IMG/VR virus record: IMGVR_UViG_3300042361_000498
Direction: 5' to 3' (one strand)
Source: a virus
Lineage: Duplodnaviria; Caudoviricetes
Length of the DNA stretch: 64,000 nt
Shown here: in pieces, positions 39,980 through 50,284 of the stretch
How positions within the stretch are numbered: position 1 is the stretch's first letter
How the letters are laid out: every line of letters begins with the position of its first letter
Made by a program: the position numbers and the translations under genes
Notes under the pieces: model-generated
Told to the model about the DNA's origin: nothing
Databases searched by the model: none
The model's input: only the letters and a program-made list of their open reading frames with translations

Positions 39980-41568
39980 GTAACGGAATACAACAAAAAA
40001 AATCTCTAAAGCAAATTATTGCAGAAGAATACAAAAAGTGTGCTAGTGACCCTATCCACTTTATGAAGAAATATTGTATGATTCAGCATCCGGTGAAAGG
40101 TAAAATACCATTTCACCTATTTCCGTTTCAAGAGAAAACATTAACCGAATTTAAGAACAATCGTTTTAACATCGTTCTTAAGTCACGTCAAACTGGTATA
40201 TCCACATTATCAGCAGGATATGCTTTGTGGAGTATGTTATTCAATACGGATTTCAACGTATTGGTTATTGCAACAAAACAAGAGGTTGCAAAGAACTTAG
40301 TAACAAAAGTAAGAGTAATGTACGAACTATTACCATCGTGGTTAAAGGGTGGTGCATTGGAAGATAACAAACTCTCACTCAAATTACAAAATGGTTCACA
40401 AATCAAAGCAATTGCTTCCTCACCTGATGCAGGACGTTCGGAAGCATTATCACTTCTAATATTTGATGAGGCAGCTTTCATTGATGATATCGATGAGATT
40501 TGGAAAGCAGCTCAATCTACTCTATCAACGGGTGGGGCGTGTATTGCCCTTTCAACTCCCAATGGTGTAGGTAATTGGTTTCATCAAACGTGGAGTGATG
40601 CGGAATCATCTATAAATCCATTCAATACAATCAGATTACATTGGACAGTTCATCCAGAAAGAGACCAGACGTGGAGAGATGAGCAAGAAAGATTGTTGGG
40701 AAGAAAAGGAGCCGCACAGGAATGTGATTGTGACTTTATTTCATCTGGAGATAACGTAATTGACCCAGAACTCTTAATGTTCTACAAAGAAACTTATGTT
40801 CAAGACCCTGTTTCAAAAGGTGGTATAGATAATAACTTTTGGAGATGGGAATATCCTACATCAAATGCATCTTATATGGTTGTAGCTGACGTTGCAAGAG
40901 GAGATGGTGCCGATTATTCTACATTCCACATTATGGATATTGTAACGGCAACGCAAGTTGGTGAATACAAAGGCAAGATAGATACAAAAGATTTTGGAAA
41001 TTTGTTAGTAGCAATATCAACTGAATATAATGATGCTTTATTAGTAATTGAAAACGCAAACATTGGTTGGGCAACAATACAACAGGTAATAGATAGGGGG
41101 TATCGTAACCTATTCTATATGAGTAAAGATTTGAAATATGTAGATGTTGAAAATCAATTAAACAATAGATACAGAGCAGAAGATAGAGGATTAGTTGCTG
41201 GTTTTTCAACAACATCAAAGACAAGACCTTTAATCATATCAAAGTTGGATGATTATTTTAGAGAAAAGACGGTTATAGTACGTTCTTCTCGATTGATTGA
41301 TGAATTGTTCACATTTATATATTCAAGTGGTAGAGCGGAAGCTATGAAGGGTTATAACGATGACTTGGTGATGGCATTCTCTATTGGATTATGGGTAAGA
41401 GATACTGCGTTAAGATTAAGACAAGAAGGTATTGATTTAACAAAAATGGCAGTAGCTGGAATTACTGCAAATACATACGAAGGTGTGTATTCACCATCTA
41501 ATATGGATGAGAATCCTTGGAAGATGAGAGTAGGTGAAGGGTTCGAAGATTTAACCCAATGGTTATAG
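39976..41568 (+). CDS. gp17: Terminase large subunit (T4 gp17-like)
   Basis: KSRQTGIST Walker A, LLIFDEAAF Walker B, STPNG coupling motif, VADVARG nuclease motif, NDDLVMA. Confidence 0.95.
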   Translation: MSNGIQQKKSLKQIIAEEYKKCASDPIHFMKKYCMIQHPVKGKIPFHLFPFQEKTLTEFKNNRFNIVLKSRQTGISTLSAGYALWSMLFNTDFNVLVIATKQEVAKNLVTKVRVMYELLPSWLKGGALEDNKLSLKLQNGSQIKAIASSPDAGRSEALSLLIFDEAAFIDDIDEIWKAAQSTLSTGGACIALSTPNGVGNWFHQTWSDAESSINPFNTIRLHWTVHPERDQTWRDEQERLLGRKGAAQECDCDFISSGDNVIDPELLMFYKETYVQDPVSKGGIDNNFWRWEYPTSNASYMVVADVARGDGADYSTFHIMDIVTATQVGEYKGKIDTKDFGNLLVAISTEYNDALLVIENANIGWATIQQVIDRGYRNLFYMSKDLKYVDVENQLNNRYRAEDRGLVAGFSTTSKTRPLIISKLDDYFREKTVIVRSSRLIDELFTFIYSSGRAEAMKGYNDDLVMAFSIGLWVRDTALRLRQEGIDLTKMAVAGITANTYEGVYSPSNMDENPWKMRVGEGFEDLTQWL

Positions 41569-41618
41569 TGTTTTAATATTTTTACATATTTATTGTATAT
41601 ATCAAAATACTATTTACT

Positions 41619-42056
41619 ATGATTAAGTTAAAATCTTTACTAAACGAAGATGAGTATATAGACCAAGCATATGCTATGGGTGATACTCCGCAAGATAATC
41701 CAATTGATGATTATGATGAATTGGATGTTGAGCAAGAAGATATGGATGACTTTATTGCATACTTACAACAATACTCAAACGAATTGAATGAGACAAATTG
41801 TAATTGTGTGTTTGAAGCAGAATATCAGGGAAGAGAAGTAAAGTTAGGGAAACCGATGCAAGGCGATGTAAAGAAATTTAAGGTCTACGTCAAAAACCCA
41901 AAAACAGGTAAGGTGATTAAAGTGAATTTTGGACAGAAGGGAATGGTTATTAAAAAAGACAATCCAGCAAGACGAAAATCATTTAGAGCAAGAATGAATT
42001 GTGATAATCCCGGTCCAAGAACAAAGGCAAACTATTGGAGTTGTCGAAAATGGTAA
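41619..42056 (+). CDS. Probable head-packaged protein (DUF6321-like basic C-terminal domain)
   Basis: MIKLKSLLNE leader, acidic linker, KKFKVYVKNPKTG...VNFG...RRKSFRARMNC...YWSC. Confidence 0.65.
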   Translation: MIKLKSLLNEDEYIDQAYAMGDTPQDNPIDDYDELDVEQEDMDDFIAYLQQYSNELNETNCNCVFEAEYQGREVKLGKPMQGDVKKFKVYVKNPKTGKVIKVNFGQKGMVIKKDNPARRKSFRARMNCDNPGPRTKANYWSCRKW

Positions 42057-42067
42057 AATAGAAAATT

Positions 42068-43831
42068 ATGGCAGAATTAAATGATGATAGAAGTTTTTTT
42101 GGTAGACTAAAGAAATTGTTTGCAACACAAGCCGTTGTCCGAATTGATAAAGATGGGAAACGTAAAGTTGTTGATACAGATGATAGACAGTACAATACAA
42201 ACTTTATTAATTTAAGAGATAGATATACAAAGTTACAAAAATCATTCTACGAACAACAAGGTGGTGCTCAATCAATGGCATATTCGCAAGTTCGTAGAGA
42301 ATTATTCAGAGATTATGATGCAATGGATAATGACCCGATACTTTCATCGGCATTAGACATTTATGCGGATGAATCAACTACAAAAGATGAATATGGTGAG
42401 GTATTAACAATCAAATCATCTAATGAAAATGTAAAAGAAGCATTACACAACTTATTCTACGATATAATGAACGTAGAGTTTAACTTGTGGCCTTGGGTTC
42501 GTAATATGGTTAAGTATGGTGATTTCTTTTTGGCATTGGAAATTGGTGAGAATCAAGGAATTGTAAATGTAAAACCATATTCTGTCTACAATACTGAGCG
42601 ATTAGAAAATACTGACCCATCAAATCCTAACTATGTTAAGTTTAAAGTAGAGTTGGATGAGATTGGAAAGAAGGAATATGAGAACTATGAAATGGCTCAT
42701 TTTCGTTTACTTTCAGATACAAACTTCCTACCATATGGTAAATCAATGATTGAGGGAGCAAGAAGAATTTGGAAACAATTAACTCTTATGGAAGATGCGA
42801 TGTTAATCCATCGTATTATGAGAGCTCCTGAAAAGAGAGTATTCAAAATTGATATTGGTAACATTCCACCGCAAGAGGTTGATAACTATATGCAAAAAAT
42901 TATCAACAAAATGAAGAAAACTCCATTCGTTGATAGAAATACAGGAGATTACAACTTAAAATACAATATCCAAAACCTTACGGAAGATTTCTTTTTACCT
43001 GTTAGAGGTGGAGATAGTGGTACATCAATTGAAAATATTAGTGGTTTAGAATATACTGCAACGGAAGATATTGATTACTTAAAAAACAAATTATTTGCTG
43101 CATTGAGAGTACCAAAGGCTTACTTATCTTATGATGAGAACGTAAATGGTAAAGCAACTCTTGCGGCAGAAGATGTTAGATTCGCAAGAACTGTTGAAAG
43201 AATTCAAAGAACAGTAGTAAGTGAATTAACTAAAATAGCAATCGTTCACTTAGCAGCTCAAGGTATTGATGATGCTGAAATGGTAAACTTTGAATTAACT
43301 CTTACAAACTCATCTACAATCTATGAGCAAGAGAAAGTAAATCTTTGGAGTGAGAAGGTGAGATTAGGAACTGATATTAAAAATATGAATATGTTATCTA
43401 CCGATTGGGTATATCATAATGTATTTAATATGAGCGAAGATGAAATAAATACGGAGAGAGCTAAAGTAATATTAGATATCAAAGATAGATTTAGACATAA
43501 CTCAATTGAACAGCAAGGTGAAGACCCAGCAAATCCACCAAAACAACAAAATGTGGAGCAAGAGATAGAGGAGTTGAAATTGGGTATGAGTCAAGACAAA
43601 GGTGGTAGACCAAGAGAAGGTAACACATATGGTAAAGATAAACACCCATATGGTAGAGACCCATTGGGTGATAAAGAAAATCACGGAGAAAGAAAAAGAG
43701 AAAATAGAAACATATCAACTGCAAAATTAGCAAAAGAATATATAAATGGAATATCAGCTAAAAGAAAGGTTTTGATTGAGAAATCTGGTATGTTAGATGA
43801 AAAAAATTTATTAGATGACACAAAAATTTAA
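42068..43831 (+). CDS. gp20: Portal protein (T4 gp20-like)
   Basis: QLTLMEDAMLIHRIMRAPEKRVFKIDIGN and EDFFLPVRGG; DIDYLKNKLFAALRVP. Confidence 0.95.
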   Translation: MAELNDDRSFFGRLKKLFATQAVVRIDKDGKRKVVDTDDRQYNTNFINLRDRYTKLQKSFYEQQGGAQSMAYSQVRRELFRDYDAMDNDPILSSALDIYADESTTKDEYGEVLTIKSSNENVKEALHNLFYDIMNVEFNLWPWVRNMVKYGDFFLALEIGENQGIVNVKPYSVYNTERLENTDPSNPNYVKFKVELDEIGKKEYENYEMAHFRLLSDTNFLPYGKSMIEGARRIWKQLTLMEDAMLIHRIMRAPEKRVFKIDIGNIPPQEVDNYMQKIINKMKKTPFVDRNTGDYNLKYNIQNLTEDFFLPVRGGDSGTSIENISGLEYTATEDIDYLKNKLFAALRVPKAYLSYDENVNGKATLAAEDVRFARTVERIQRTVVSELTKIAIVHLAAQGIDDAEMVNFELTLTNSSTIYEQEKVNLWSEKVRLGTDIKNMNMLSTDWVYHNVFNMSEDEINTERAKVILDIKDRFRHNSIEQQGEDPANPPKQQNVEQEIEELKLGMSQDKGGRPREGNTYGKDKHPYGRDPLGDKENHGERKRENRNISTAKLAKEYINGISAKRKVLIEKSGMLDEKNLLDDTKI

Positions 43832-43898
43832 CAAATAAAAAAAGGTTTATATTTATATGTGTTACTATACGGTCGTAAGTTAAATATAGGGTAAATAA

Positions 43899-44780
43899 AT
43901 GAAAAAAATAAAGCACAGTAAATTCAAAAATACTGGAGTGTTATTTGAATTATTAGTAAGACAAATAACATTAGAGGTATTGAATGGAGATAAAACGGAA
44001 AATGCTAAGAAGATAGTTAAGGAGTTTTTTGCTCCCGGAACGGAACTTAATAAAGAGTTACGTTTGTATGAACTACTTTTAAAAGAAAAATATAATACGG
44101 AGAGTAGAGCAGAGAAATTTGTAGATACTGTATCCCAAGCTCACTCAAAATTAAATGAGGGAAAACTAGCTAAAGAAAAATATGGTTTAATTAAAGAAAT
44201 TGGTGCTAAATTCGAAATAGAGCAATTCTTATCATCGCCAATTACCAACTACAAAGTATTAGCTTCAATTTATAAAGTATTTGAATCTAAAAAATCGGAA
44301 AACTACGATATTAAAGATATATTCAATTCGAAGATTACCCTAATTGAAAACATCATAGCAAGACCTGCTAAAGTAGAAGCAGTTAAAAATGTTGAATCGA
44401 TTAAGTTAATGGAAACTTATTCTCAACAAGAAAAAGATTTACGTTTATTGACTTATAAGATATTGGTTGAAACTTTCAATAAAAAATATACTAATTTAGA
44501 TACAAAACAAAAAGGCTTGTTGAAAGAGTATATTAACAATATGAGTAACACAACTAAATTCAAAGATTATGTTGTTACCGAAGTTCCTAAAATCGCAAAA
44601 GAACTTAGATTAATTGAAACTAAAGTTTGTGATAAAGTAACTAAAATCAAATTATTAGAAACAATTTCAGTATTAGAAAAAATGAAGATTGGAAAGACTG
44701 TTTCCGATTCTCAAGTTTCATCTATTATGCTTTCTTATGAATTAGTTAAAGAATTAAAGAACAAAGTAAATGGAAAATAA
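43899..44780 (+). CDS. Conserved head-module hypothetical protein
   Basis: 293-aa helical ORF between portal and protease; KHSKFKNTG N-terminus. Confidence 0.7.
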   Translation: MKKIKHSKFKNTGVLFELLVRQITLEVLNGDKTENAKKIVKEFFAPGTELNKELRLYELLLKEKYNTESRAEKFVDTVSQAHSKLNEGKLAKEKYGLIKEIGAKFEIEQFLSSPITNYKVLASIYKVFESKKSENYDIKDIFNSKITLIENIIARPAKVEAVKNVESIKLMETYSQQEKDLRLLTYKILVETFNKKYTNLDTKQKGLLKEYINNMSNTTKFKDYVVTEVPKIAKELRLIETKVCDKVTKIKLLETISVLEKMKIGKTVSDSQVSSIMLSYELVKELKNKVNGK

Positions 44781-45336
44781 ATTAAGAGAAATAATCAGAA
44801 CATTAGTCAAAGAGATTCAATCCGAAGATGAATTGGAGGAAATGACTGGAACTGGTGCAGTTGCTGGTTACAACACTCCTGCTGCATTTTCTAAACCCGG
44901 TCAAACTGGAAAGAAAAACAATAGATTAGCTAAAGTTACTGGTGGGACTGTTGTAGATGATTTAGAGGAAGGTAAATTAAAAGAAGATATTGGTGTATTG
45001 GATTTAGACCCACATAAATTAAAACCAACAGCAACTCCATCAAAAAAAGAAAATGATAAAGATGAAACTATGGCAGATGTATCTTCTATGGAATTGGTTG
45101 AAAATCGTTGGTTAGAATTAAAAAGAGAAGATGCTTCTCCACAAAAGAAAATAGCTGTGGGATTGAGAAGTGTAAAATCTCAATTATCTGAAATTGAAAA
45201 GTTTGTTAATTGGTATTCAAGATTAAAAACTGAAAACAATTTGGACAGAACAGGTTACTACAAAAGAACATATAGTAACTTAAATACTATCAAAGAAAGA
45301 TTAAATAAAATAGCGGAGAAAATCCACTCAATGTAA
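44770..45336 (+). CDS. Head-module protein (probable internal/core protein)
   Basis: LREIIRTLVKE leader, LEEMTGTGAVAGY, several hydrophobic-X-E sites. Confidence 0.65.
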   Translation: MENKLREIIRTLVKEIQSEDELEEMTGTGAVAGYNTPAAFSKPGQTGKKNNRLAKVTGGTVVDDLEEGKLKEDIGVLDLDPHKLKPTATPSKKENDKDETMADVSSMELVENRWLELKREDASPQKKIAVGLRSVKSQLSEIEKFVNWYSRLKTENNLDRTGYYKRTYSNLNTIKERLNKIAEKIHSM

Positions 45337-45337
45337 T

Positions 45338-45544
45338 ATGGCAGGTATAACAAAACAAAAACTAAAAGAATTAGTTAAGGAAGTAATGGTAGAAGAAACT
45401 GAATATCAGGCATTCTTCCAAAAGGCATTAGATAAAGCTGGTAAATCTATTCCATCTATGAGTGATGATGAAAAGAAAGCATTCTTTGATAAAATTGATG
45501 CAGCATGGAATGGTAAAGGTGAAAAATCCGAATCCGTAAAATAA
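45338..45544 (+). CDS. Small head-module protein
   Basis: KLKELVKEVMVEE leader; operon context. Confidence 0.65.
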   Translation: MAGITKQKLKELVKEVMVEETEYQAFFQKALDKAGKSIPSMSDDEKKAFFDKIDAAWNGKGEKSESVK

Positions 45545-45551
45545 TAACAAA

Positions 45552-46139
45552 ATGAAGAATCTTTTAATAGAAACCAAATTATTCGAAGGAAAGGTGCAAG
45601 AGGATGCTGGTGGTAGAACTATCGTTAAAGGTGTTCTTCAAAGAGCTGGTGCGGAGAATCAAAATGGTAGAGTATATCCAAAACCTACATTGATGAGAGA
45701 AGCTCAAAAGTATGAGCAACTTATCAAAGAACGTAGAGCATTAGGTGAATTGGACCACCCTGATTCAACTGTAATCAACTTAAAGAACGTATCACACAAT
45801 GTTAGAGAAATCCATTGGGAGGGCGATGATTTATGTGGTACGGTTGAAATCCTTGCAACTCCATCTGGTAATATCCTTAAAGAATTACTTAAAGCTGGTA
45901 TCCTATTAGGTATATCATCAAGAGGTATGGGTTCTACAAAACAAATGGAAGGAAATAAAGTAGAAGTTCAGGAAGATTTTGAATTAATCGGTTGGGATTT
46001 TGTTTCTAATCCATCTACACATGGTGCATTTATGGTACCTGTAAACGAATCGGTAACAAAACAAATTGGAACTGATGTTTGCGGAGATTATTGCAAAGCA
46101 CAAGATTTAATGAGAGAAATTATAACTGAAATATCATAA
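45552..46139 (+). CDS. gp21: Prohead core protease (T4 gp21-like)
   Basis: NQNGRVYP, ALGELDHP (His), GISSRGMGS (Ser), DFVSNPS. Confidence 0.93.
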   Translation: MKNLLIETKLFEGKVQEDAGGRTIVKGVLQRAGAENQNGRVYPKPTLMREAQKYEQLIKERRALGELDHPDSTVINLKNVSHNVREIHWEGDDLCGTVEILATPSGNILKELLKAGILLGISSRGMGSTKQMEGNKVEVQEDFELIGWDFVSNPSTHGAFMVPVNESVTKQIGTDVCGDYCKAQDLMREIITEIS

Positions 46140-46696
46140 TGAGCAAGCCATTTGACATATACGATTATGTACACAATAATAAGATTAGCTTAAAAGTAGA
46201 AGCTAATAGAAAAGCAACTAATGTAACTAAGGGGTACAATGACATTCGTAAAACTAATTTAAACGAAGTAAAGATTGTAAACGGAAAGTTTAGCATTAAA
46301 GAAAGTTTAAACGGAGATAAAAGACCTTTAAGTAATGAGGTTAAGAAACACTTTTTAGAAATCATCTCTACATACAACACATTCCAAGAGCAAATGCAAA
46401 GAGCATCCGATTTAACGGAGGTTGCAAATACTTTAGGTGGAATTGTTGAAGCAGCAAAAGAATTAACTTTAAGAGAAACTGCAGATTGGTTTGATGGTGT
46501 AACTGTTAAACGTAATATGAGTGAATTGGATAAGATGGATAAAAGTTTCCAAAAGTTCGCAGTAGAAGCAAGAGCAATGGATGAAAGATTACATTCATTA
46601 TACGAAGATATGGGACATATTCTATCTCGTTACTATGAGATTGCAGATATTCAGCCTGATGTTATGAGAGAAAGATTGGGTTTAAGAAAAAAATAA
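46139..46696 (+). CDS. Head-module hypothetical protein
   Basis: 185-aa helical ORF translationally coupled to the protease gene. Confidence 0.7.
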   Translation: MSKPFDIYDYVHNNKISLKVEANRKATNVTKGYNDIRKTNLNEVKIVNGKFSIKESLNGDKRPLSNEVKKHFLEIISTYNTFQEQMQRASDLTEVANTLGGIVEAAKELTLRETADWFDGVTVKRNMSELDKMDKSFQKFAVEARAMDERLHSLYEDMGHILSRYYEIADIQPDVMRERLGLRKK

Positions 46697-46697
46697 T

Positions 46698-47309
46698 ATG
46701 ATTCGTTTAACTGAAATGTTTAACTTTGCTGATAGTTCTACTTATGGTAAACTAAAACCACAATTAGGACAGGTAATGTCTAACCCTTATGCAAGAGCAT
46801 TCGCTCCGCAAGTTAAAGAGGGTGAAGACCACGAAGTATCAATGGCAAATAACACTTTGGATGCAATTATAAAGAACGCAACTGAATTAAAATCTAAAAT
46901 CGGTGGAAACGAAAAGAACATACCTGCGTGGATTCAAGACCACATTACAAATGCAGGAAACTTTATTTCACAAGCTGCTGAAAACTATCACGAATACGGA
47001 AAGAACGAATCAAAGCAACAAATCAAAGAAGCAACTGCAAAGTTTGATTTTGTTCAAGCGAATGGTGTTCAATTCTATGTATCATCTCCAAATAACAATA
47101 TAGTTTTATTACCACAATCAAGAAAAGAAATTGAAAAGATTGATACCATAAAACAAAAATTGGGTGATGGTGCAGACGAAGATTTTTTATCATTATTACA
47201 AATCCGTTTAGAAAAGAAATTAGGAGTTTCAGTAATACCAAACAAAAGATACGCTGGAGCCGGTTATGCATTTGATATTGATACTGAAAAATTATTTAAT
47301 AAATTATAA
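46698..47309 (+). CDS. Probable head-packaged modular protein
   Basis: MIRLTE leader; modules separated by VKE/IKE sites. Confidence 0.65.
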   Translation: MIRLTEMFNFADSSTYGKLKPQLGQVMSNPYARAFAPQVKEGEDHEVSMANNTLDAIIKNATELKSKIGGNEKNIPAWIQDHITNAGNFISQAAENYHEYGKNESKQQIKEATAKFDFVQANGVQFYVSSPNNNIVLLPQSRKEIEKIDTIKQKLGDGADEDFLSLLQIRLEKKLGVSVIPNKRYAGAGYAFDIDTEKLFNKL

Positions 47310-47310
47310 A

Positions 47311-48825
47311 ATGATTAAATTAAATCAACTACTTAAAGAGGAAACGTTTACCGCAACTAATAAATCAACTGGTAAAACTTCTGTATTCAAATCTAAAGAT
47401 AGTAGAGATGCTGCAATCAAAGCAGGTACACATGATACTATAAAAGATAAAGAACAACCATCGGCACCAAAAGCAGCTGGTAGTGATATGTTTGGTGGAG
47501 ATTATACAAAAAATAGAGGTGGTGAAGCTCCTAAATCTGATGCTGGTAAAGAAGAAACTCCAAAGTATGATTTAGGTGTAGACTCAGTTGTATATAACAA
47601 AAGAACAAAGACAGTTGGTATTGTAAGATTGGGGGATGAAAGAGGTGAAACGAAAACTGATGCAGATGGTAATGTAAATACTGATGAGTTAGAACCATAC
47701 AACCCAATGAAGTTTCCATATCAAAAAGATGCACAAGTTGCACCATCAACATCAAAAGAAATTGAAAGTAGAAAGTTATTCAATCCGTTTTCACAAAAAA
47801 ATGACCCTATAAAATCAGAACCTAAAAACCAAAGAAAAGGTAATCCACAAGTAAACAAAGAAGCAAAAAAGAAAGCAGAACAATATGGTATTACTCCTCA
47901 AAAGTTGGGTAATGAAAAATATAAAGAAGCAATGTTACAAGCAGCAGTTTCTGCATTAACTGATTCAAACTTCCATAGTGAAGCAAGAGAATTAGTTGCA
48001 GCAATTGAAGGAAAGCCTGAATTTGCAAAAAAACCGGAGTACCCATCGATGAAAGACCCTAAGTATAAAGAAAAAATGGCAGATATTCGTAAGAATTCCG
48101 CAGATGGTTCGATTTATATGAATGGTACTGGTGAGATTGATGATTATGGTACGGATGTATCACAAGCATCTGGATGGGATGGTGTTGATGCAGCGGATAG
48201 TATTGCATTTACATTAAGAATGAATGGTTTCCATAAAGAAGCAGATTTGATTCAATCGGTATTTGATAATAAACCATATATGAAAAATGAGGGTACAATT
48301 AAATTAACAAAGTTAATGGAAAATGACCCTTGTTGGAAGGGATACAAACAAGTTGGAATGAAAGACAAGAATGGTAGAGAAGTTCCAAATTGTGTGCCTG
48401 AAGGAATTGTGAATGAGCAAACATCATATGCATTTGGTAAACAACAATATACCCAAAAAACTCTTACACCATCTCAAATTTTAGATTTAGCTACTGCATA
48501 TGTAAATGTACCAAATTTGGAAAAAATTTTTAATGGTAAACTTGATAATATAGTTAATGTAGCTAATGATTTGGCTAGATTAAATGGTACTATTCAATTA
48601 GATGCAAAAACAAGAGGTAAAAAACCCGCACTTATATTATCTTTATTAAACAATAAATTAATTAGTAAAGATGATTATGTTAAATTGTATAGAAACTTAA
48701 TAGAAAAACAAATATTGACTGTAAAAAGATTAAAAAATGCAGACCCAGCATCAAGAATGATAAAGGGAGCAGCTGCTAGACAAGCTTATAAAGATATGAA
48801 GGGTGAGTTTGATGAAACAGATTAG
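47311..48825 (+). CDS. Probable head-packaged modular protein
   Basis: Start moved to ATG 47311 (MIKLNQLLKE) just after the previous stop; internal IKLTKLME and CWKGYKQVG...VPNCVP module. Confidence 0.7.
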   Translation: MIKLNQLLKEETFTATNKSTGKTSVFKSKDSRDAAIKAGTHDTIKDKEQPSAPKAAGSDMFGGDYTKNRGGEAPKSDAGKEETPKYDLGVDSVVYNKRTKTVGIVRLGDERGETKTDADGNVNTDELEPYNPMKFPYQKDAQVAPSTSKEIESRKLFNPFSQKNDPIKSEPKNQRKGNPQVNKEAKKKAEQYGITPQKLGNEKYKEAMLQAAVSALTDSNFHSEARELVAAIEGKPEFAKKPEYPSMKDPKYKEKMADIRKNSADGSIYMNGTGEIDDYGTDVSQASGWDGVDAADSIAFTLRMNGFHKEADLIQSVFDNKPYMKNEGTIKLTKLMENDPCWKGYKQVGMKDKNGREVPNCVPEGIVNEQTSYAFGKQQYTQKTLTPSQILDLATAYVNVPNLEKIFNGKLDNIVNVANDLARLNGTIQLDAKTRGKKPALILSLLNNKLISKDDYVKLYRNLIEKQILTVKRLKNADPASRMIKGAAARQAYKDMKGEFDETD

Positions 48826-48853
48826 TTAGTTAAAAAATAAAATATAATTAAAG

Positions 48854-48881
48854 AAAAGCTTGGTAATCCCAAGCTTTTTTT
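48854..48881 (+). terminator. Rho-independent terminator overlapping the downstream promoter
   Basis: AAAAGCTTGG-TAATC-CCAAGCTTTT followed by further T residues. Confidence 0.75.
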
Positions 48882-48890
48882 GTATATTTG
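48859..48890 (+). promoter_or_regulatory. Bacteroidota sigma-A type promoter
   Basis: CTTG-N20-TATATTTG upstream of the methyltransferase. Confidence 0.7.
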
Positions 48891-48910
48891 TGGTTACTAT
48901 AATAAAACCC

Positions 48911-50245
48911 ATGGCAATTAAACCATTTTCAATTTTAGATACTCGCACCAAAGAATGGCAAGACCGTAAACGTTGGTGGATACAAACCTATAATATCAAA
49001 TCAGAGTTAGGTAGGGAAGATACTCAATCAAATAGTAAGTTTTGGGATGATGAAGATACTGTTTCAGTATTCGATGCTACTCTATCCGAAAAGATGTATG
49101 AGTGGTTTGTTCCAAAGGGTGGTAAGATATTAGACCCATTTGCTGGCGGAAGTGTGAGGGGAATTGTGGCAACGGAGATGGGATTCAAATATGATGGTAT
49201 CGATATATCACAAACACAAATAGATGCAAATAGAAAACAATCCGATAAACCTCGATGGATGGGTGGGGATAGTTACCTATTATTAAATGTATTGGAGGAG
49301 AATACCTATGATTTTGTATTTACTTGCCCACCATACTACGATTTGGAGGTATATAGTGATAATGCGAATGATTTATCTAATATGGCGGATGCACAATTTG
49401 ATGATAGATACATTTCTATATTACAAAAATCAGCAGAAAAGTTAAAGAACAATAGATTCTTTGCAGTTGTGGTATCGGAAGTTAGAGAGGTATCAAAGAC
49501 AGGGGATTACAAAATTGGAAAGTATAGAGGATTGGTAAACAAAACTATTTCAGCAATGGAAGAAGTTGGTTTACACTTCTATAACGATATGGTACTATTT
49601 AATTCACAACATCAGGCTGGAAGAGTGGTAGATACATATTTCAAACGTAATCGTAAGGTAGCATCTGTTCATCAAAACGTATTAGTATTTGTAAAAGGAA
49701 ATCCTGATTTGGCAACGGAAGATATTGAATGGGATGGTACTTACAAATGTGTAGTTGGTGGAAAACAATACAAATCATTCAGAGAAGCGGCAATTTCAAT
49801 AAATCCAAATGAGTTAGTAGCATCGGAAGTAGAAAGAAGATGCCTTTCACCAAAAACCAAATACAAAGGGTGGCAGGTAAATGGTGAGGAAACATATCCT
49901 ATCTTAAAATATTGTATAGATGGGTATTACTTTGAGTCTCCTGTACAAGCTGCAGAGTACATTGAATATAGTGAAACTGAAATTCGTAATCGTTTAGAAT
50001 CAAAAGCTGACCATTATAGACATTGGAAAAAGTTGGAAACTCCTTTAACAACTATTACTTATGATGCACATGAAAGGACTCTAAAGGACATCCAAGTTAG
50101 AGATAAGGTACATACGATAAGTTGTGAGGGAGAACTATTCTACACACTAAAAGATGCAGGTGAAAGATTTGGTGTATCGGATGAACGAATCAGACAAAAA
50201 ATCCAATCGGACAAACATACTGACTATTTTTACTTATTTTCATAG
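48911..50245 (+). CDS. Amino (N4-C/N6-A) DNA methyltransferase with three C-terminal NUMOD1/HTH-like repeats
   Basis: DPFAGGS (motif I) and FTCPPYY (motif IV); repeats CVVGGKQYKSFREAA, CIDGYYFESPVQAA, CEGELFYTLKDAG. Start moved to ATG 48911. Confidence 0.8.
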   Translation: MAIKPFSILDTRTKEWQDRKRWWIQTYNIKSELGREDTQSNSKFWDDEDTVSVFDATLSEKMYEWFVPKGGKILDPFAGGSVRGIVATEMGFKYDGIDISQTQIDANRKQSDKPRWMGGDSYLLLNVLEENTYDFVFTCPPYYDLEVYSDNANDLSNMADAQFDDRYISILQKSAEKLKNNRFFAVVVSEVREVSKTGDYKIGKYRGLVNKTISAMEEVGLHFYNDMVLFNSQHQAGRVVDTYFKRNRKVASVHQNVLVFVKGNPDLATEDIEWDGTYKCVVGGKQYKSFREAAISINPNELVASEVERRCLSPKTKYKGWQVNGEETYPILKYCIDGYYFESPVQAAEYIEYSETEIRNRLESKADHYRHWKKLETPLTTITYDAHERTLKDIQVRDKVHTISCEGELFYTLKDAGERFGVSDERIRQKIQSDKHTDYFYLFS

Positions 50246-50284
50246 AATCTAATATTTATTCCATATAACCAAAGGAATAATATT

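Noticed and set aside
34001-48910. ORF-track starts at 34001, 47266 and 48860
   Set aside because: The TTG or upstream starts overlap previous genes or regulatory hairpins; ATG 34010, 47311 and 48911 fit coupling, leader motif and promoter position better.
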